64,000 bases of DNA from the NCBI GenBank assembly GCA_016182485.1, contig JACPGH010000005.1, forward strand, positions 64,305 to 128,304. The letters are read 5' to 3'. Below, piece after piece: positions 18,310 through 27,433 of this stretch (positions are counted from its first letter, which is position 1; every line of letters begins with the position of its first letter). A program made the translations under genes and the position numbers. The stretch is from Candidatus Kaiserbacteria bacterium (lineage in GTDB: Bacteria > Patescibacteriota > Minisyncoccia > Phycocordibacterales > Phycocordibacteraceae). The notes beneath the pieces are model-generated. The model made no database searches, was not told the DNA's origin, and worked only from the letters and a program-made list of their open reading frames with translations.

Positions 18310-19656
18310 ATGGAAGGCCAACCGAAGCAGAAACTCGAGAGCCAAGAAGCGCTGTCAGAACTGACGTTGCAGACCGAGCTGCGCGAGAGCGGGGAGTACG
18401 CCTACGCCCCGTCCGCATCGCACTGGTACTGGAACATGGTGGACGGCAAGCCGTTCAGCGACACGCAGAAAGCGGAGCTTCTCCTGGCGCAAAAAGACGA
18501 GCTTCCGTATCTGGTCTCCGCCTTGTTGGAGAGGACCTGCAATCTCCGCTGCGCGCACTGCATCTACCAAGACGAGCAGAGCAGCAGGAAGGCGTCGGAG
18601 GAAGGCCAGCTAGCGGCGGTCGTCGAGCACATAATCCGTACGATGCCGCAAGGCCCCGCAGAGCAGAGGGCCAAGTTCATGTCCGCCGGCAGAATCCTGC
18701 GGCCGTGGCACCTCGACATCTTCAAGAAACTTCGCGAGAGCCGGCCGGACGTGCAGCTTGGCGTCATCGACAACGGCACGTACACGAAACTGTTGCGCAC
18801 ATGGCCAGAAGGATTGCAACTGGACTGGCTCGACATCTCTGTGGACGGCACCGAGGCGAACCATGACAAGCAGAGAGGGGAGTCCTCATACGCCGCGGCT
18901 ATGGAGGGACTGCGGCATGCGCGCGAAATCACTCGCTCTCGTGAAGAGGGCGGATATGTGGCATCGCTGCTGACGCTCACCAACATCAACGCGGGCGACG
19001 TCTTGCAAGTAGCCAATACTCTTCTCAATGAGAAGGCCGGCGAACCGCTGGCAGACAAGCTGAACCTCACGACCATGGGGCCGACCAACGCGATCAATGC
19101 GCGCCTCGAGATAAGTCAGCTCGACTTCGCGCAGGCGTGGGACGGACTCAAAGAGGCGTGTGCGAAATACAACACGCCAGGCAACGAGCGTGTCTCGCTC
19201 GGCCTGTACCGCGTCGAGGACGTGGAGAAGCTCGCCGCAGTGGTCGGAGAAGGGAAATTCTTAGAGTCCTTTCCAGCCGACGAGGACAAGGCGCGCGAGC
19301 GGGTCACGTTCCGAGGCAACTTCGTCGAAACGCATGTCGACGGCGTGCCCGTCTCCTACCTGCCCATCTCGATCTGGCCGCCTGAAGAATTCTTGATCGA
19401 TGCGGATGGGGCATACCGCCTCGCCTACGAAGGCCAGTTCACGCTCGAGGAGCTGCGTGCGGGCTCACAAGAAAGCTGGGACGGCCACAGCGCGCGCGAC
19501 TACACCGTCACGCAGCTCACGCCAGAGACGGACTTCCGCGCTGTGTACGAGCAAGCCGTGGATATCTACTGGCAACGCTTCGGCCACGCAAAGCTCGATC
19601 AGGAATTCGCCGCGTTCGCGCGAATACGCGAAAAGGCCCGACAAGAGGGCAGGTAA
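18310..19656 (+). CDS. radical SAM enzyme, putative peptide maturase
   Basis: CNLRCAHC (CxxxCxxC), IDNGT, DISVDGTEANHDKQRG; start 18298 or 18310. Confidence 0.9.
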   Translation: MEGQPKQKLESQEALSELTLQTELRESGEYAYAPSASHWYWNMVDGKPFSDTQKAELLLAQKDELPYLVSALLERTCNLRCAHCIYQDEQSSRKASEEGQLAAVVEHIIRTMPQGPAEQRAKFMSAGRILRPWHLDIFKKLRESRPDVQLGVIDNGTYTKLLRTWPEGLQLDWLDISVDGTEANHDKQRGESSYAAAMEGLRHAREITRSREEGGYVASLLTLTNINAGDVLQVANTLLNEKAGEPLADKLNLTTMGPTNAINARLEISQLDFAQAWDGLKEACAKYNTPGNERVSLGLYRVEDVEKLAAVVGEGKFLESFPADEDKARERVTFRGNFVETHVDGVPVSYLPISIWPPEEFLIDADGAYRLAYEGQFTLEELRAGSQESWDGHSARDYTVTQLTPETDFRAVYEQAVDIYWQRFGHAKLDQEFAAFARIREKARQEGR

Positions 19657-19672
19657 AAACATGGATGTAACG

Positions 19673-19708
19673 GTCCCGCATTCATCGCTGAATGCGGGAC
19701 TTCTTATT
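19673..19708 (+). terminator. intrinsic terminator after radical SAM gene
   Basis: gtcccgcattca-tcgc-tgaatgcgggac then ttcttatt. Confidence 0.8.
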
Positions 19709-19747
19709 GGTTAGAGCGAAAAGGCCGATATGGTATACTCGAATCGT

Positions 19748-19918
19748 ATGACTTTAGCTCAAGTCAAAAAACTCGTGCGACAAACGGAGAAGGCGGCGAA
19801 GCTCGTCTCGCGCAACCGCCTCCTCATCGAGACGTATTTGAGCATGCGAGAGGCTAAAGAAGGGAAAGTAACCTCGCATAAATCAACGAAAGCATTGTTC
19901 AAGCGCCTGCATATATGA
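19748..19918 (+). CDS. putative type II antitoxin
   Basis: small basic ORF ending EAKEGKVTSHKSTKALFKRL, ATGA overlap with toxin. Confidence 0.7.
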   Translation: MTLAQVKKLVRQTEKAAKLVSRNRLLIETYLSMREAKEGKVTSHKSTKALFKRLHI

Positions 19919-20190
19919 TCCCCGAGCGGCGAATCGATACTACGCCGCACTTTGATCATGCACTCACGCACTTTCTCAAAGCTCACCCAGACCTGCGGGA
20001 GAAGACACTTGTCCTCATTGATCGACTCGCAATAGACCCTTTTGACCCACGCAACAAGACGCATCGGTTATCAGGCCCGCTCAAGTCGCTGTGGGGAGCG
20101 CATATTTCATTTCAGTATCGCCTCATATTCGCGATTTCGGACGACGCCATTTTGTTAATAAACACAGGTTCGCACGATGAGGTGTATTAG
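19915..20190 (+). CDS. RelE/YafQ-family toxin
   Basis: KTHRLSGPLK...YRLIF...NTGSHDEVY. Confidence 0.85.
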   Translation: MIPERRIDTTPHFDHALTHFLKAHPDLREKTLVLIDRLAIDPFDPRNKTHRLSGPLKSLWGAHISFQYRLIFAISDDAILLINTGSHDEVY

Positions 20191-20201
20191 CAGAGCCTAA
20201 T

Positions 20202-20936
20202 TTAAGCATCGAGCGTCATCCACTGGAGCGCGAAGATGCTTTTCAGCGTTCGGGCGATGCCGGCGCTCTCAATAATGAGCCCGAGCTGGTCCTGAAAGGA
20301 CATGATGCCGATTCTGTCCGGCCCGTAGAGATTGACCTCGACCAAGAGAGGGAATTGTTCCGGGTCGATGAGTTTGGTGGTGCGTAAGGACTTGTTATCT
20401 ATGCCCTTATAGTCCCGGATTATCGGCAGATCCGGCGCGATCGCTTCTACCCAGATCTTTTTCTCCAGCCGCTTCGGCACATAGTATTCATCGAGAAATT
20501 TCTGATCGAATTTATGGATCATTTCTTCCGAAACCCACGTCTGCATCTTTTGATCCGGAAAGCGGAGCGTGTCTTTGTACACGTCTTTAATTCCTTCGAT
20601 GCCTTCGAAATAGCGAATGCGCGGCTTTTTCTTCAGCGTGTTCGTGATGGAGAGCAATTCAGGCAAAATCTTCTCGATCGAAGATTTCTTTTCGTCGAGC
20701 AATTCGACTATTTTCCGCGGGTCCTCCGCTATGTATATGATTTTCTTTTGTCTTTTGGCCGTACTCACGAGTCCGGAACGCTTGAGCGATTCCACGGTGT
20801 CATAAAGGGTCGTCCGTTTCAGCTTAGACTTCTTCACGAGCTGGCCCATGTGAGCCTCGCCAAGCTCGAGGAGAGCCAGGTAGGCCGCAGCCTCCTTGTC
20901 GTCGAGCCCGGTGCCTTTCAAATCAGAAATCGTCAT
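20202..20936 (-). CDS. TrmB-family transcriptional regulator
   Basis: GLDDKEAAAYLALLELG...LKRTTLYD, PRIRYFEGIEG; start trimmed to MTISDL. Confidence 0.9.
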   Translation of the reverse strand: MTISDLKGTGLDDKEAAAYLALLELGEAHMGQLVKKSKLKRTTLYDTVESLKRSGLVSTAKRQKKIIYIAEDPRKIVELLDEKKSSIEKILPELLSITNTLKKKPRIRYFEGIEGIKDVYKDTLRFPDQKMQTWVSEEMIHKFDQKFLDEYYVPKRLEKKIWVEAIAPDLPIIRDYKGIDNKSLRTTKLIDPEQFPLLVEVNLYGPDRIGIMSFQDQLGLIIESAGIARTLKSIFALQWMTLDA

Positions 20937-21040
20937 GGTTTTGGTATAAGTGTCGTCCTTTAGGTCAACTTTTACATCATACACAAAGCCAGTATTTATG
21001 CAACTTTCTAGGCACTATTGGCCGGAATATGACCCATTTA

Positions 21041-21069
21041 TTGACATTACTACTCCACGGTGTCATAAT
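21041..21069 (+). promoter_or_regulatory. sigma70-type promoter overlapped by TGACA-N14-TGTCA
   Basis: TTGACA 21041-21046, 17-nt spacer, CATAAT 21064-21069. Confidence 0.6.
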
Positions 21070-21132
21070 GGCCTCAGGAAGTTGAACATTGATCCGTAAG
21101 TCCTGAGCCGCAAGGCCAGGCAGGACGAGGAG

Positions 21133-21633
21133 ATGGCAATGAAGATCCTGGTGATTGATGACAAGATCGCGAATCAGGAGTCCGCCCGCACCACGCTCGC
21201 GGGACACGACCTGACAGTTCTCGGCACTACCGTCGAGGCCGGAGCCCTGTTCAGCAAGTACAGCAAAGTGAAGTTCGACTTCGACGTCGTGCTGACCGAC
21301 CTCATGATGCCGGTCGATCACAAGGGCTACGCCGGCCAGTCCACGCCCTTCGGGCCTGACGGCACGGCGGTCGACCCTGCGTCCTGCGTCGGCGAAAAGC
21401 CCGTCGGGCTCGGGTTCGCTCTGCTCGCTGCCAAGAAAGGCGCGAAGTTCGTCGCCGTGGTGACGGGTATCGGCCATCACTCCGACCCGATCGTCGCCCA
21501 GTTCGATTTCTTCGGATACGGAGAAAGCACGATTCGCGTGGAGGACGCGAAGGTGATGCTCGTCAACGGTGGCGGCACATCCGAGCACGTGAAGGACTGG
21601 GGAGCGGTCTTAGAAGCGCTCATTAAGAAGTAG
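21133..21633 (+). CDS. stand-alone receiver-domain-like protein
   Basis: KILVIDD, DVVLTDLMMP; GAGGAG SD. Confidence 0.75.
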   Translation: MAMKILVIDDKIANQESARTTLAGHDLTVLGTTVEAGALFSKYSKVKFDFDVVLTDLMMPVDHKGYAGQSTPFGPDGTAVDPASCVGEKPVGLGFALLAAKKGAKFVAVVTGIGHHSDPIVAQFDFFGYGESTIRVEDAKVMLVNGGGTSEHVKDWGAVLEALIKK

Positions 21634-21667
21634 CCTCCAGCGTGGAGCAAACCACGTTAAAAAGCTC

Positions 21668-21733
21668 GGGCGAAGTGCAATGCTTCGCCCGCTGTTCCGA
21701 AAATCTGATGCGAATTGGATTTTCAGAAGAGCG
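21668..21733 (-). repeat. ~50-bp interspersed repeat plus GGGCGAAG hairpin
   Basis: 21684-21733 is the exact reverse complement of 6870-6919. Confidence 0.85.
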
Positions 21734-21881
21734 GATGGGGTTATCTACAGCGGCAAGACTTCATGTTGACCTCGTGTGTGGATAGGTTATACTGGCTATG
21801 AAAATCACCGGCGCCTCCCGCAAGGGATTGTGCCGGTTTTTCGTTCTCCAATAACGAGAATCACATGCTACCATCATTTGC

Positions 21882-22550
21882 ATGAGAGAAACCGAACGTG
21901 TCGAGATTCTCATCGACGCAGGGAACTTCTATCATCTTGCGCTTAAGAAACTTGGCGTCGCGGAAATAGATTTCGATTATGAGGCCTTTGTTTCTTTTCT
22001 CATGAACGGCCGCACGCTCGTCCCTGAAGGGAAGCGATTATATGTCGGTACCGTACGCGAAAAAGAAGGCGATTTGAGGACGAAGAACGCGATGGCCGAA
22101 CAGCGCCGGTTCTTGTCAGTGCTCCTATCGGCGAAATGGCAGATAAAGACCAGCAAACTCCGATCGCGCATTGAAGAGATAGCTGTTGATTCGCGCATGC
22201 AGGAGTACAAAACTCTGACTGCCGCGGGTGTTCAAACGATTCACGTTGAACGCATGCGCGAAAAGGGTATCGATGTGAAAATCGCGACTGATCTCATCGT
22301 CGGAGCAGTAGACGATAAATATGATACTGCAATTGTCATCAGTTCAGATACCGATTTAGTTCCCGCCATTGACTGGGTTCGGATGCGAAAGAAGAAACGC
22401 GCCGAGTACGTAGGATTTTCAATTCCCGATGCTCGCGGCAACGCCTATGCGTCGAAGCCGACGTTTGCGCTCATCGCGCGGACGGATGTCCAGCGCATCC
22501 TAGTTGAATCGGACATACGGCGTTTTATTAAGCAAAAACTCATGCCATAG
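21882..22550 (+). CDS. NYN domain protein
   Basis: ILIDAGNFYH, EKGIDVKIATDL, ISSDTDLVPA. Confidence 0.9.
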   Translation: MRETERVEILIDAGNFYHLALKKLGVAEIDFDYEAFVSFLMNGRTLVPEGKRLYVGTVREKEGDLRTKNAMAEQRRFLSVLLSAKWQIKTSKLRSRIEEIAVDSRMQEYKTLTAAGVQTIHVERMREKGIDVKIATDLIVGAVDDKYDTAIVISSDTDLVPAIDWVRMRKKKRAEYVGFSIPDARGNAYASKPTFALIARTDVQRILVESDIRRFIKQKLMP

Positions 22551-22556
22551 CGCAAC

Positions 22557-22606
22557 GCTTCGCCCGCTGTTCTGAGAACCGATCGAGTTCGGGATTCAGA
22601 AGAGCG
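22557..22606 (-). repeat. diverged copy of the ~50-bp repeat
   Basis: gcttcgcccgctgttc...ttcagaagagcg with a different centre. Confidence 0.75.
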
Positions 22607-22688
22607 GAACACGAAACAGAAGAGCCGCGACAGGGTCGCGGCTCTTGAAGCAAGCATCGCCTGGCATGCCGGCGGGATGAGGGGATTC

Positions 22689-22814
22689 CTAGTCGACCCC
22701 GGAGAAGAACTGCCAGATGGGCGCACAGCGCGCCCGCCAGGTATAGAGGTGAATGACCGCGTCAACCAACGCTGCGCATGCGACGAGTGCGAGCAGAGCA
22801 TGGAGCCTCGTCAT
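22689..22814 (-). CDS. 41-aa hydrophobic peptide MTRLHALLALVACAALVDAVIHLYTWRARCAPIWQFFSGVD
   Basis: manual translation; follows 22825-23010; hairpin at 22620-22646 downstream. Confidence 0.4.
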   Translation of the reverse strand: MTRLHALLALVACAALVDAVIHLYTWRARCAPIWQFFSGVD

Positions 22815-22824
22815 AGCCGCCTAC

Positions 22825-23010
22825 TCATGCCGACGGGGTGGATGGTTTCGCTTCGTAGACTTCGATGAAGCCCTGGCAGGTGCAGGGCACTTCGACGGAA
22901 CGGAGAGTGATGTAAAAGGCCCCGTTCCTCTTGGCGACGACGACGCCGTCGCACTCGGTGATCGTCTCACCGCGCTTGATGTGAATACGCTCGCGCCTCA
23001 TCTGACCCAT
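22825..23010 (-). CDS. small hypothetical protein
   Basis: AAGGAGGT SD upstream of MGQMRR. Confidence 0.5.
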   Translation of the reverse strand: MGQMRRERIHIKRGETITECDGVVVAKRNGAFYITLRSVEVPCTCQGFIEVYEAKPSTPSA

Positions 23011-23076
23011 AGGACCTCCTTAGGGAGCAGTCTGCATAGACTTTAATACGAAATTCATCTTTACAGAAGAGGCCTG

Positions 23077-23595
23077 CTACAGTTGCGCGAGATAGCGTTC
23101 GAGTATGGTAGACTCGTCGAGATCGTCGCGGCCGAAACGCTCTTTTTGCGCGCGCATGAGCGGGATGAGTTCTTCGGCGCTTTTCCATTCAAGCTCGCTC
23201 TTTCCCTCGGCATCGGAGAGGTCGCGCCTTTCACCGGCGTCCTTTTGGTACGTGCTGAGAAAGTAGAGCGTCGTTTTCTGGAATGGCTTCTTGCCTTCGC
23301 GGTCATTACCGGCATAGGCAGTAGCCACGATAGCGCCGAGATAGCCATCGAGGGAGGCGGCGGCGTTAAATTCTTCCGCGAGCCCGCGAGCGAGAGCATG
23401 TTCCAGAGTCTCGTTCGGCTCGAGCGTCTCGCGCATCAAAATATAGAAATCGGTAATGGCCTCTCCCGCCCAGAACCCTTTCGCCGCGTCAGCAGGGAAG
23501 TGGTGGACGCGCACTAACCCTTCGGCATTCCGCATGACAGCTCCTACGGAAATGTGCTGGGCATGGCCCTCGTGACCAGCGTAGTAGTTGTTCAT
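23077..23595 (-). CDS. NUDIX-fold protein
   Basis: degenerate NUDIX box ETLEPNETLEHALARGLAEEF; start trimmed to MNNYY. Confidence 0.7.
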   Translation of the reverse strand: MNNYYAGHEGHAQHISVGAVMRNAEGLVRVHHFPADAAKGFWAGEAITDFYILMRETLEPNETLEHALARGLAEEFNAAASLDGYLGAIVATAYAGNDREGKKPFQKTTLYFLSTYQKDAGERRDLSDAEGKSELEWKSAEELIPLMRAQKERFGRDDLDESTILERYLAQL

Positions 23596-23653
23596 GCGGA
23601 TAGTATACAAAATGAAACAAAATGTGTTCGATGCTACAGTACGTGTACGAACA

Positions 23654-24313
23654 ATGCCAAGCAACGAGGGGGCTCCAATGGAGAAGGCCGAGCAGATGGA
23701 AACGCACGAGGAGAAGGCGGTGCGTTTATCACGCGCTCTTGAGGAGTCTAGAGACCCGGAGTTTATAAAGCAAAACCTGCCGGAACTCTTCGACATTTTG
23801 GAGAACGAGCTCGGCTTATCGCTACTCAAGGGGAAAGAGGTAAATGCGATATATAGGCGCTTCATTGAAGGCGGGTGCCTCGTGCGTGTGGAAAAATTCA
23901 CACGCATTATGGAAGCGCTCGAATTGAACCATGGCTTCAAGGTCGGCGAGCGCATGGGCGACTCGCACTATGCCAATGCCGTCATCCCGGATCCGGAGGG
24001 CATTAGGCTCGCCTTCGCGGAGGGACAAATGTCCGGGTCGCTCCGAGTCGCCATGGGACTCGGAAAGTCACTGGTCGGATTTCAAACAGCAGCTGACCAT
24101 ATAACCGTATCCGCCGTCGATTTCGCCGAGGAGGATCCGCGCGACACTGGCAAGCGCGGGCATCTCTGCCGGCATGTTGAGGGAGAAATAATGGGGGAGG
24201 ATATTCGCGGCGTCGTGATGCGCATACCTCGCGCGGTGGTTAGCGAGTCTCTACTGACAGACGAGGAGTCAGAAGGAAACGGGCAATTCGTATTTCGCGG
24301 ATTTTTGACTTGA
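23654..24313 (+). CDS. hypothetical protein
   Basis: long ORF with natural composition; start uncertain. Confidence 0.6.
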   Translation: MPSNEGAPMEKAEQMETHEEKAVRLSRALEESRDPEFIKQNLPELFDILENELGLSLLKGKEVNAIYRRFIEGGCLVRVEKFTRIMEALELNHGFKVGERMGDSHYANAVIPDPEGIRLAFAEGQMSGSLRVAMGLGKSLVGFQTAADHITVSAVDFAEEDPRDTGKRGHLCRHVEGEIMGEDIRGVVMRIPRAVVSESLLTDEESEGNGQFVFRGFLT

Positions 24314-24331
24314 ATTGCGAACCGCGAATAG

Positions 24332-24360
24332 CGCGGCCCCGACGCACCGTCGGGGCCGCG
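24332..24360. terminator. GC hairpin between converging genes
   Basis: cgcggccccgacg-cac-cgtcggggccgcg. Confidence 0.6.
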
Positions 24361-24386
24361 TTGGCTAGAGCCTAGCACCTAACTGG

Positions 24387-24662
24387 CTAGCGGATCGCCT
24401 CCTTGAGCGCCTTCGCCGGGCGGAACTTCGCCGTGCGGGTCGCCGCGATGCGGATCGTCTCGCCGGTGCGCGGGTTACGACCCTCCCGCGCCGGGCGCGC
24501 CTTGGTCGCGAAGATGCCGAGTCCGGCGACCGATACCTCGTCGCCAGATTTCAGACTGGAAACGATACAATCTATCACCGTCTCAACGGCGCGCTCCGCG
24601 TCGGCCTTCGTCGAGCCGAGCGTGCTGTGCACCTTGTCAATTATGTCTGCTTTGTTGGCCAT
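24387..24662 (-). CDS. hup: DNA-binding protein HU
   Basis: AREGRNPRTGETIRI, KFRPAKALKEA; start MANKADII. Confidence 0.95.
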   Translation of the reverse strand: MANKADIIDKVHSTLGSTKADAERAVETVIDCIVSSLKSGDEVSVAGLGIFATKARPAREGRNPRTGETIRIAATRTAKFRPAKALKEAIR

Positions 24663-24823
24663 GGGAATGTTTAATCGGGTAATGAAATAAGTATAGAATG
24701 CGCCGCTTTTCGCGCAATACCCTTGCCAACTCCCAGTGGATAGCGCGGAATAAAAAACAACAGGCTCCCTCCGCTTCGCCGTTCCGCGAAGCTTCAGGGA
24801 GCCGAGGACGTGCCGGGGCGGAA

Positions 24824-25114
24824 TCATTCTTTTTTCCTGTCCGGCACGCATGTTTCTCCGTCAAAACGGCTGTACTCCGGGTAATTCACCCGGCAGTACT
24901 CGTTCAGAAGCTCGTCCACTAGGACACGAGCCTCCTTGGAGCTGACCTTTTCTGGTAAACGGCGAGCTCGCTCGCACTCTACCAGACGGCCCGCAAGTTC
25001 CGGATGCTCCGAGCAGACAGTGCGGGGCGCCGCTAGGGCGAACGATACCGGCCTTGTGAGCGTTCCTGCGAGCAACAGCACGCAAAGGGATATTGGCAGG
25101 CGGTGGCGGTACAT
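24824..25114 (-). CDS. possible small secreted protein
   Basis: GGAGGTG SD before MYRHRLP, signal-like hydrophobic stretch, several Cys. Confidence 0.45.
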   Translation of the reverse strand: MYRHRLPISLCVLLLAGTLTRPVSFALAAPRTVCSEHPELAGRLVECERARRLPEKVSSKEARVLVDELLNEYCRVNYPEYSRFDGETCVPDRKKE

Positions 25115-25169
25115 GACACACCTCCGTGATCTGGGGAATGGAACGAACTCTGACAAAATACAAGCACAC

Positions 25170-26699
25170 TTACCGTGCGAATTCAACCACCCTATTCTCG
25201 CGGATTATGTTTACCTTGATCTCGCCCGGGTAACGGAGTTCCTCTTGGATACGTGCCGCGATATCCCTGGCGAGCTTGTGCATCGCGATGTCGGAAACCT
25301 TGCCGGGATTCACGAAAACGCGGATCTCGCGGCCGGCGGAGATGGCATACACTTTCTCCACTCCACCGAACGTCGTGGCCAGGCGCTCGAGATCGCCCAG
25401 GCGCTCGAGATAGCGGTCCACCGTGTCGCGCCGGGCGCCCGGCCGGCCGGCCGAGATCGCGTCTGCGACCTGTACCACGACCGCTTCGGGCGTTTCGTAG
25501 GGGAAATCCTCGTGGTGCGACTGCATAGCGAGAATGACGCGCTTGTCGACGCCGAATTTCTCGAGGAGCCGCCGGCCGATCTCGACGTGCGTGCCCTGCA
25601 CTTCGTGGTCCACCGCCTTGCCGATGTCATGGAGGAGCGCTCCGGCCCGCGCGATAGCGGGATCAGCGCCCACTTCGGCGGCGAGCATGCCCGCGATATG
25701 CGCCATCTCTATCGAATGCTGGAGCACGTTCTGGCCGAAACTCGAGCGAAAATGGAGACGGCCTAGCAGAGCGATCAGCCGCGGATCGAGGCCGAGGACG
25801 CCGCATTCGTACGCCGCCTCTTCGCCTTTCTGCTTCACTATCTCGGCGATCTCTACCCGCGTCTTTTCGACTGTCTCCTCTATTTTCGCCGGCTGGATGC
25901 GGCCGTCGGCTATCAACTTCTCGAGCGCGATCTTGGCGATAGCGCGACGCAGAGGGTCGAAGGAGGAGAGCGAGATCCGGTCAGGCGCGTCGTCGATAAG
26001 GACGTCCACGCCGGTCGCGCGCTCGAAAGCCTTGATGTTGCGGCCCTCCTTGCCGATGATCTTTCCCTTCACGTCCTCGGAAGGGAGAGGGACCGAGAGC
26101 GAGACGACATCGGCATTCACCGCATTTCCCAAGCGGTGGATGCTCGAGATGAGGATCTCGCGCGCCTTGGCCTCGAGCCGTTCCCGCCCGTGGGCGGCAA
26201 GCTTCTGCAAGCGCAGGAGGATAGCTTCCTCGTGTGTCCGCTCGATTTCCGAAAAAAGCTGCTCGCGCGCTTTCTCCTCGGTCAGGTGCGCAACCTTTGC
26301 CAATTCTTTGATACGCTCTCCCGCCAGGCGTTCTGCTTCTTGTTTGAGCTTGGAAGCTTCTAGTTCGCGAGTGCGCACCTCGTCTTCTTTCTCGTCGAAG
26401 TCGCGCTGGCGGGAGTCTAGGAATTCCTCCCGCGAGGCAATGTGCTCCTCTCTTGCCGTCAATTTCTCTTCTCGCTCCTCGACAGTCGCCAAGCGCTCGG
26501 TCTCGATGACCTCTCCGCGAAATTCCGCATCGGTGATGATCTTCGCCGCCTGCTCCTTCGCCTGGAGCAGTTTGCGCTTCGTTTCGATCTCGACGGAGCT
26601 GCGCTGGGCAAGGCCGATCAAGACGCGCAGCACATAACCCAAAACGACGCCGCCCACGCCTGAAAGCGCGAGCATTACCAATATTATGTTGAGTGACAT
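25170..26699 (-). CDS. rny: ribonuclease Y
   Basis: TM plus coiled coil, KGKIIGKEGRNI (KH), LLHDIGK (HD). Confidence 0.96.
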   Translation of the reverse strand: MSLNIILVMLALSGVGGVVLGYVLRVLIGLAQRSSVEIETKRKLLQAKEQAAKIITDAEFRGEVIETERLATVEEREEKLTAREEHIASREEFLDSRQRDFDEKEDEVRTRELEASKLKQEAERLAGERIKELAKVAHLTEEKAREQLFSEIERTHEEAILLRLQKLAAHGRERLEAKAREILISSIHRLGNAVNADVVSLSVPLPSEDVKGKIIGKEGRNIKAFERATGVDVLIDDAPDRISLSSFDPLRRAIAKIALEKLIADGRIQPAKIEETVEKTRVEIAEIVKQKGEEAAYECGVLGLDPRLIALLGRLHFRSSFGQNVLQHSIEMAHIAGMLAAEVGADPAIARAGALLHDIGKAVDHEVQGTHVEIGRRLLEKFGVDKRVILAMQSHHEDFPYETPEAVVVQVADAISAGRPGARRDTVDRYLERLGDLERLATTFGGVEKVYAISAGREIRVFVNPGKVSDIAMHKLARDIAARIQEELRYPGEIKVNIIRENRVVEFAR

Positions 26700-26791
26700 A
26701 CGCCCGTTTCAATTATCCGCCGCGCCGGCACGGGCGCGGAGGTCAAGAATCAATAAATTCCCCGAACAGCTCCGACTGTAGCACAAAATTA

Positions 26792-27391
26792 TTATTTATA
26801 CACTTGGTCCACCAAGCCGTACTTCTTCGCTTCTTCTGCGGTCATGAAGAAGTCGCGCTCGACGTCTTTTTCTATCTTCTCGAACGGCTGACCGGTATTC
26901 TTCGCGAGAATTTGGTTCAAGCGCTCGCGCAGCTTCACGATCTGCTTCGCGGTGATCTCGATATCGGTCGCTTGACCTTCGGCGCCGCCGTGCGGCTGAT
27001 GGATCATCACCTCGGCATTCGGGAGCGCGAAGCGCTTGCCCTTCTCCCCGGCAGAAAGGAGGATCGCCGCGCCCGAAGCCGCCATGCCCACGCACACAGT
27101 CGAAACCGGCGGTTTGACATGATTCATGGTATCCACCATCGCGAGCGTAGAGGTCACCGACCCGCCCGGCGAGTTGATGTAGAGATAAATGTCCTTCTTC
27201 GGATCCTCCGCTTCAAGAAACAGGAGCTGGGCAATGACCAGATTCGCCGTATCGTCGTCGATCGGCCCGCCGAGAAATACGATGCGCTCCTTAAGGAGGC
27301 GGGAGTAGATGTCGTAGGCGCGCTCGCCGAACTGGCTCTTCTCGACGACCATCGGCACGAGCATGGAAGCACGCGGTGATGTGGTTTTCAT
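26792..27391 (-). CDS. clpP: Clp protease proteolytic subunit
   Basis: [30 protein letters not shown]; start may be 27364. Confidence 0.97.
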   Translation of the reverse strand: MKTTSPRASMLVPMVVEKSQFGERAYDIYSRLLKERIVFLGGPIDDDTANLVIAQLLFLEAEDPKKDIYLYINSPGGSVTSTLAMVDTMNHVKPPVSTVCVGMAASGAAILLSAGEKGKRFALPNAEVMIHQPHGGAEGQATDIEITAKQIVKLRERLNQILAKNTGQPFEKIEKDVERDFFMTAEEAKKYGLVDQVYK

Positions 27392-27433
27392 AATATTAGT
27401 ACGCTACCTAAAACCCCGCAATAAATCAAATTC

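Noticed and set aside
25534-26712. Long alternative-frame ORFs over rny (and similar ones over pilB and VirB4)
   Set aside because: Shadow ORFs caused by GC-rich codon bias in confidently identified genes
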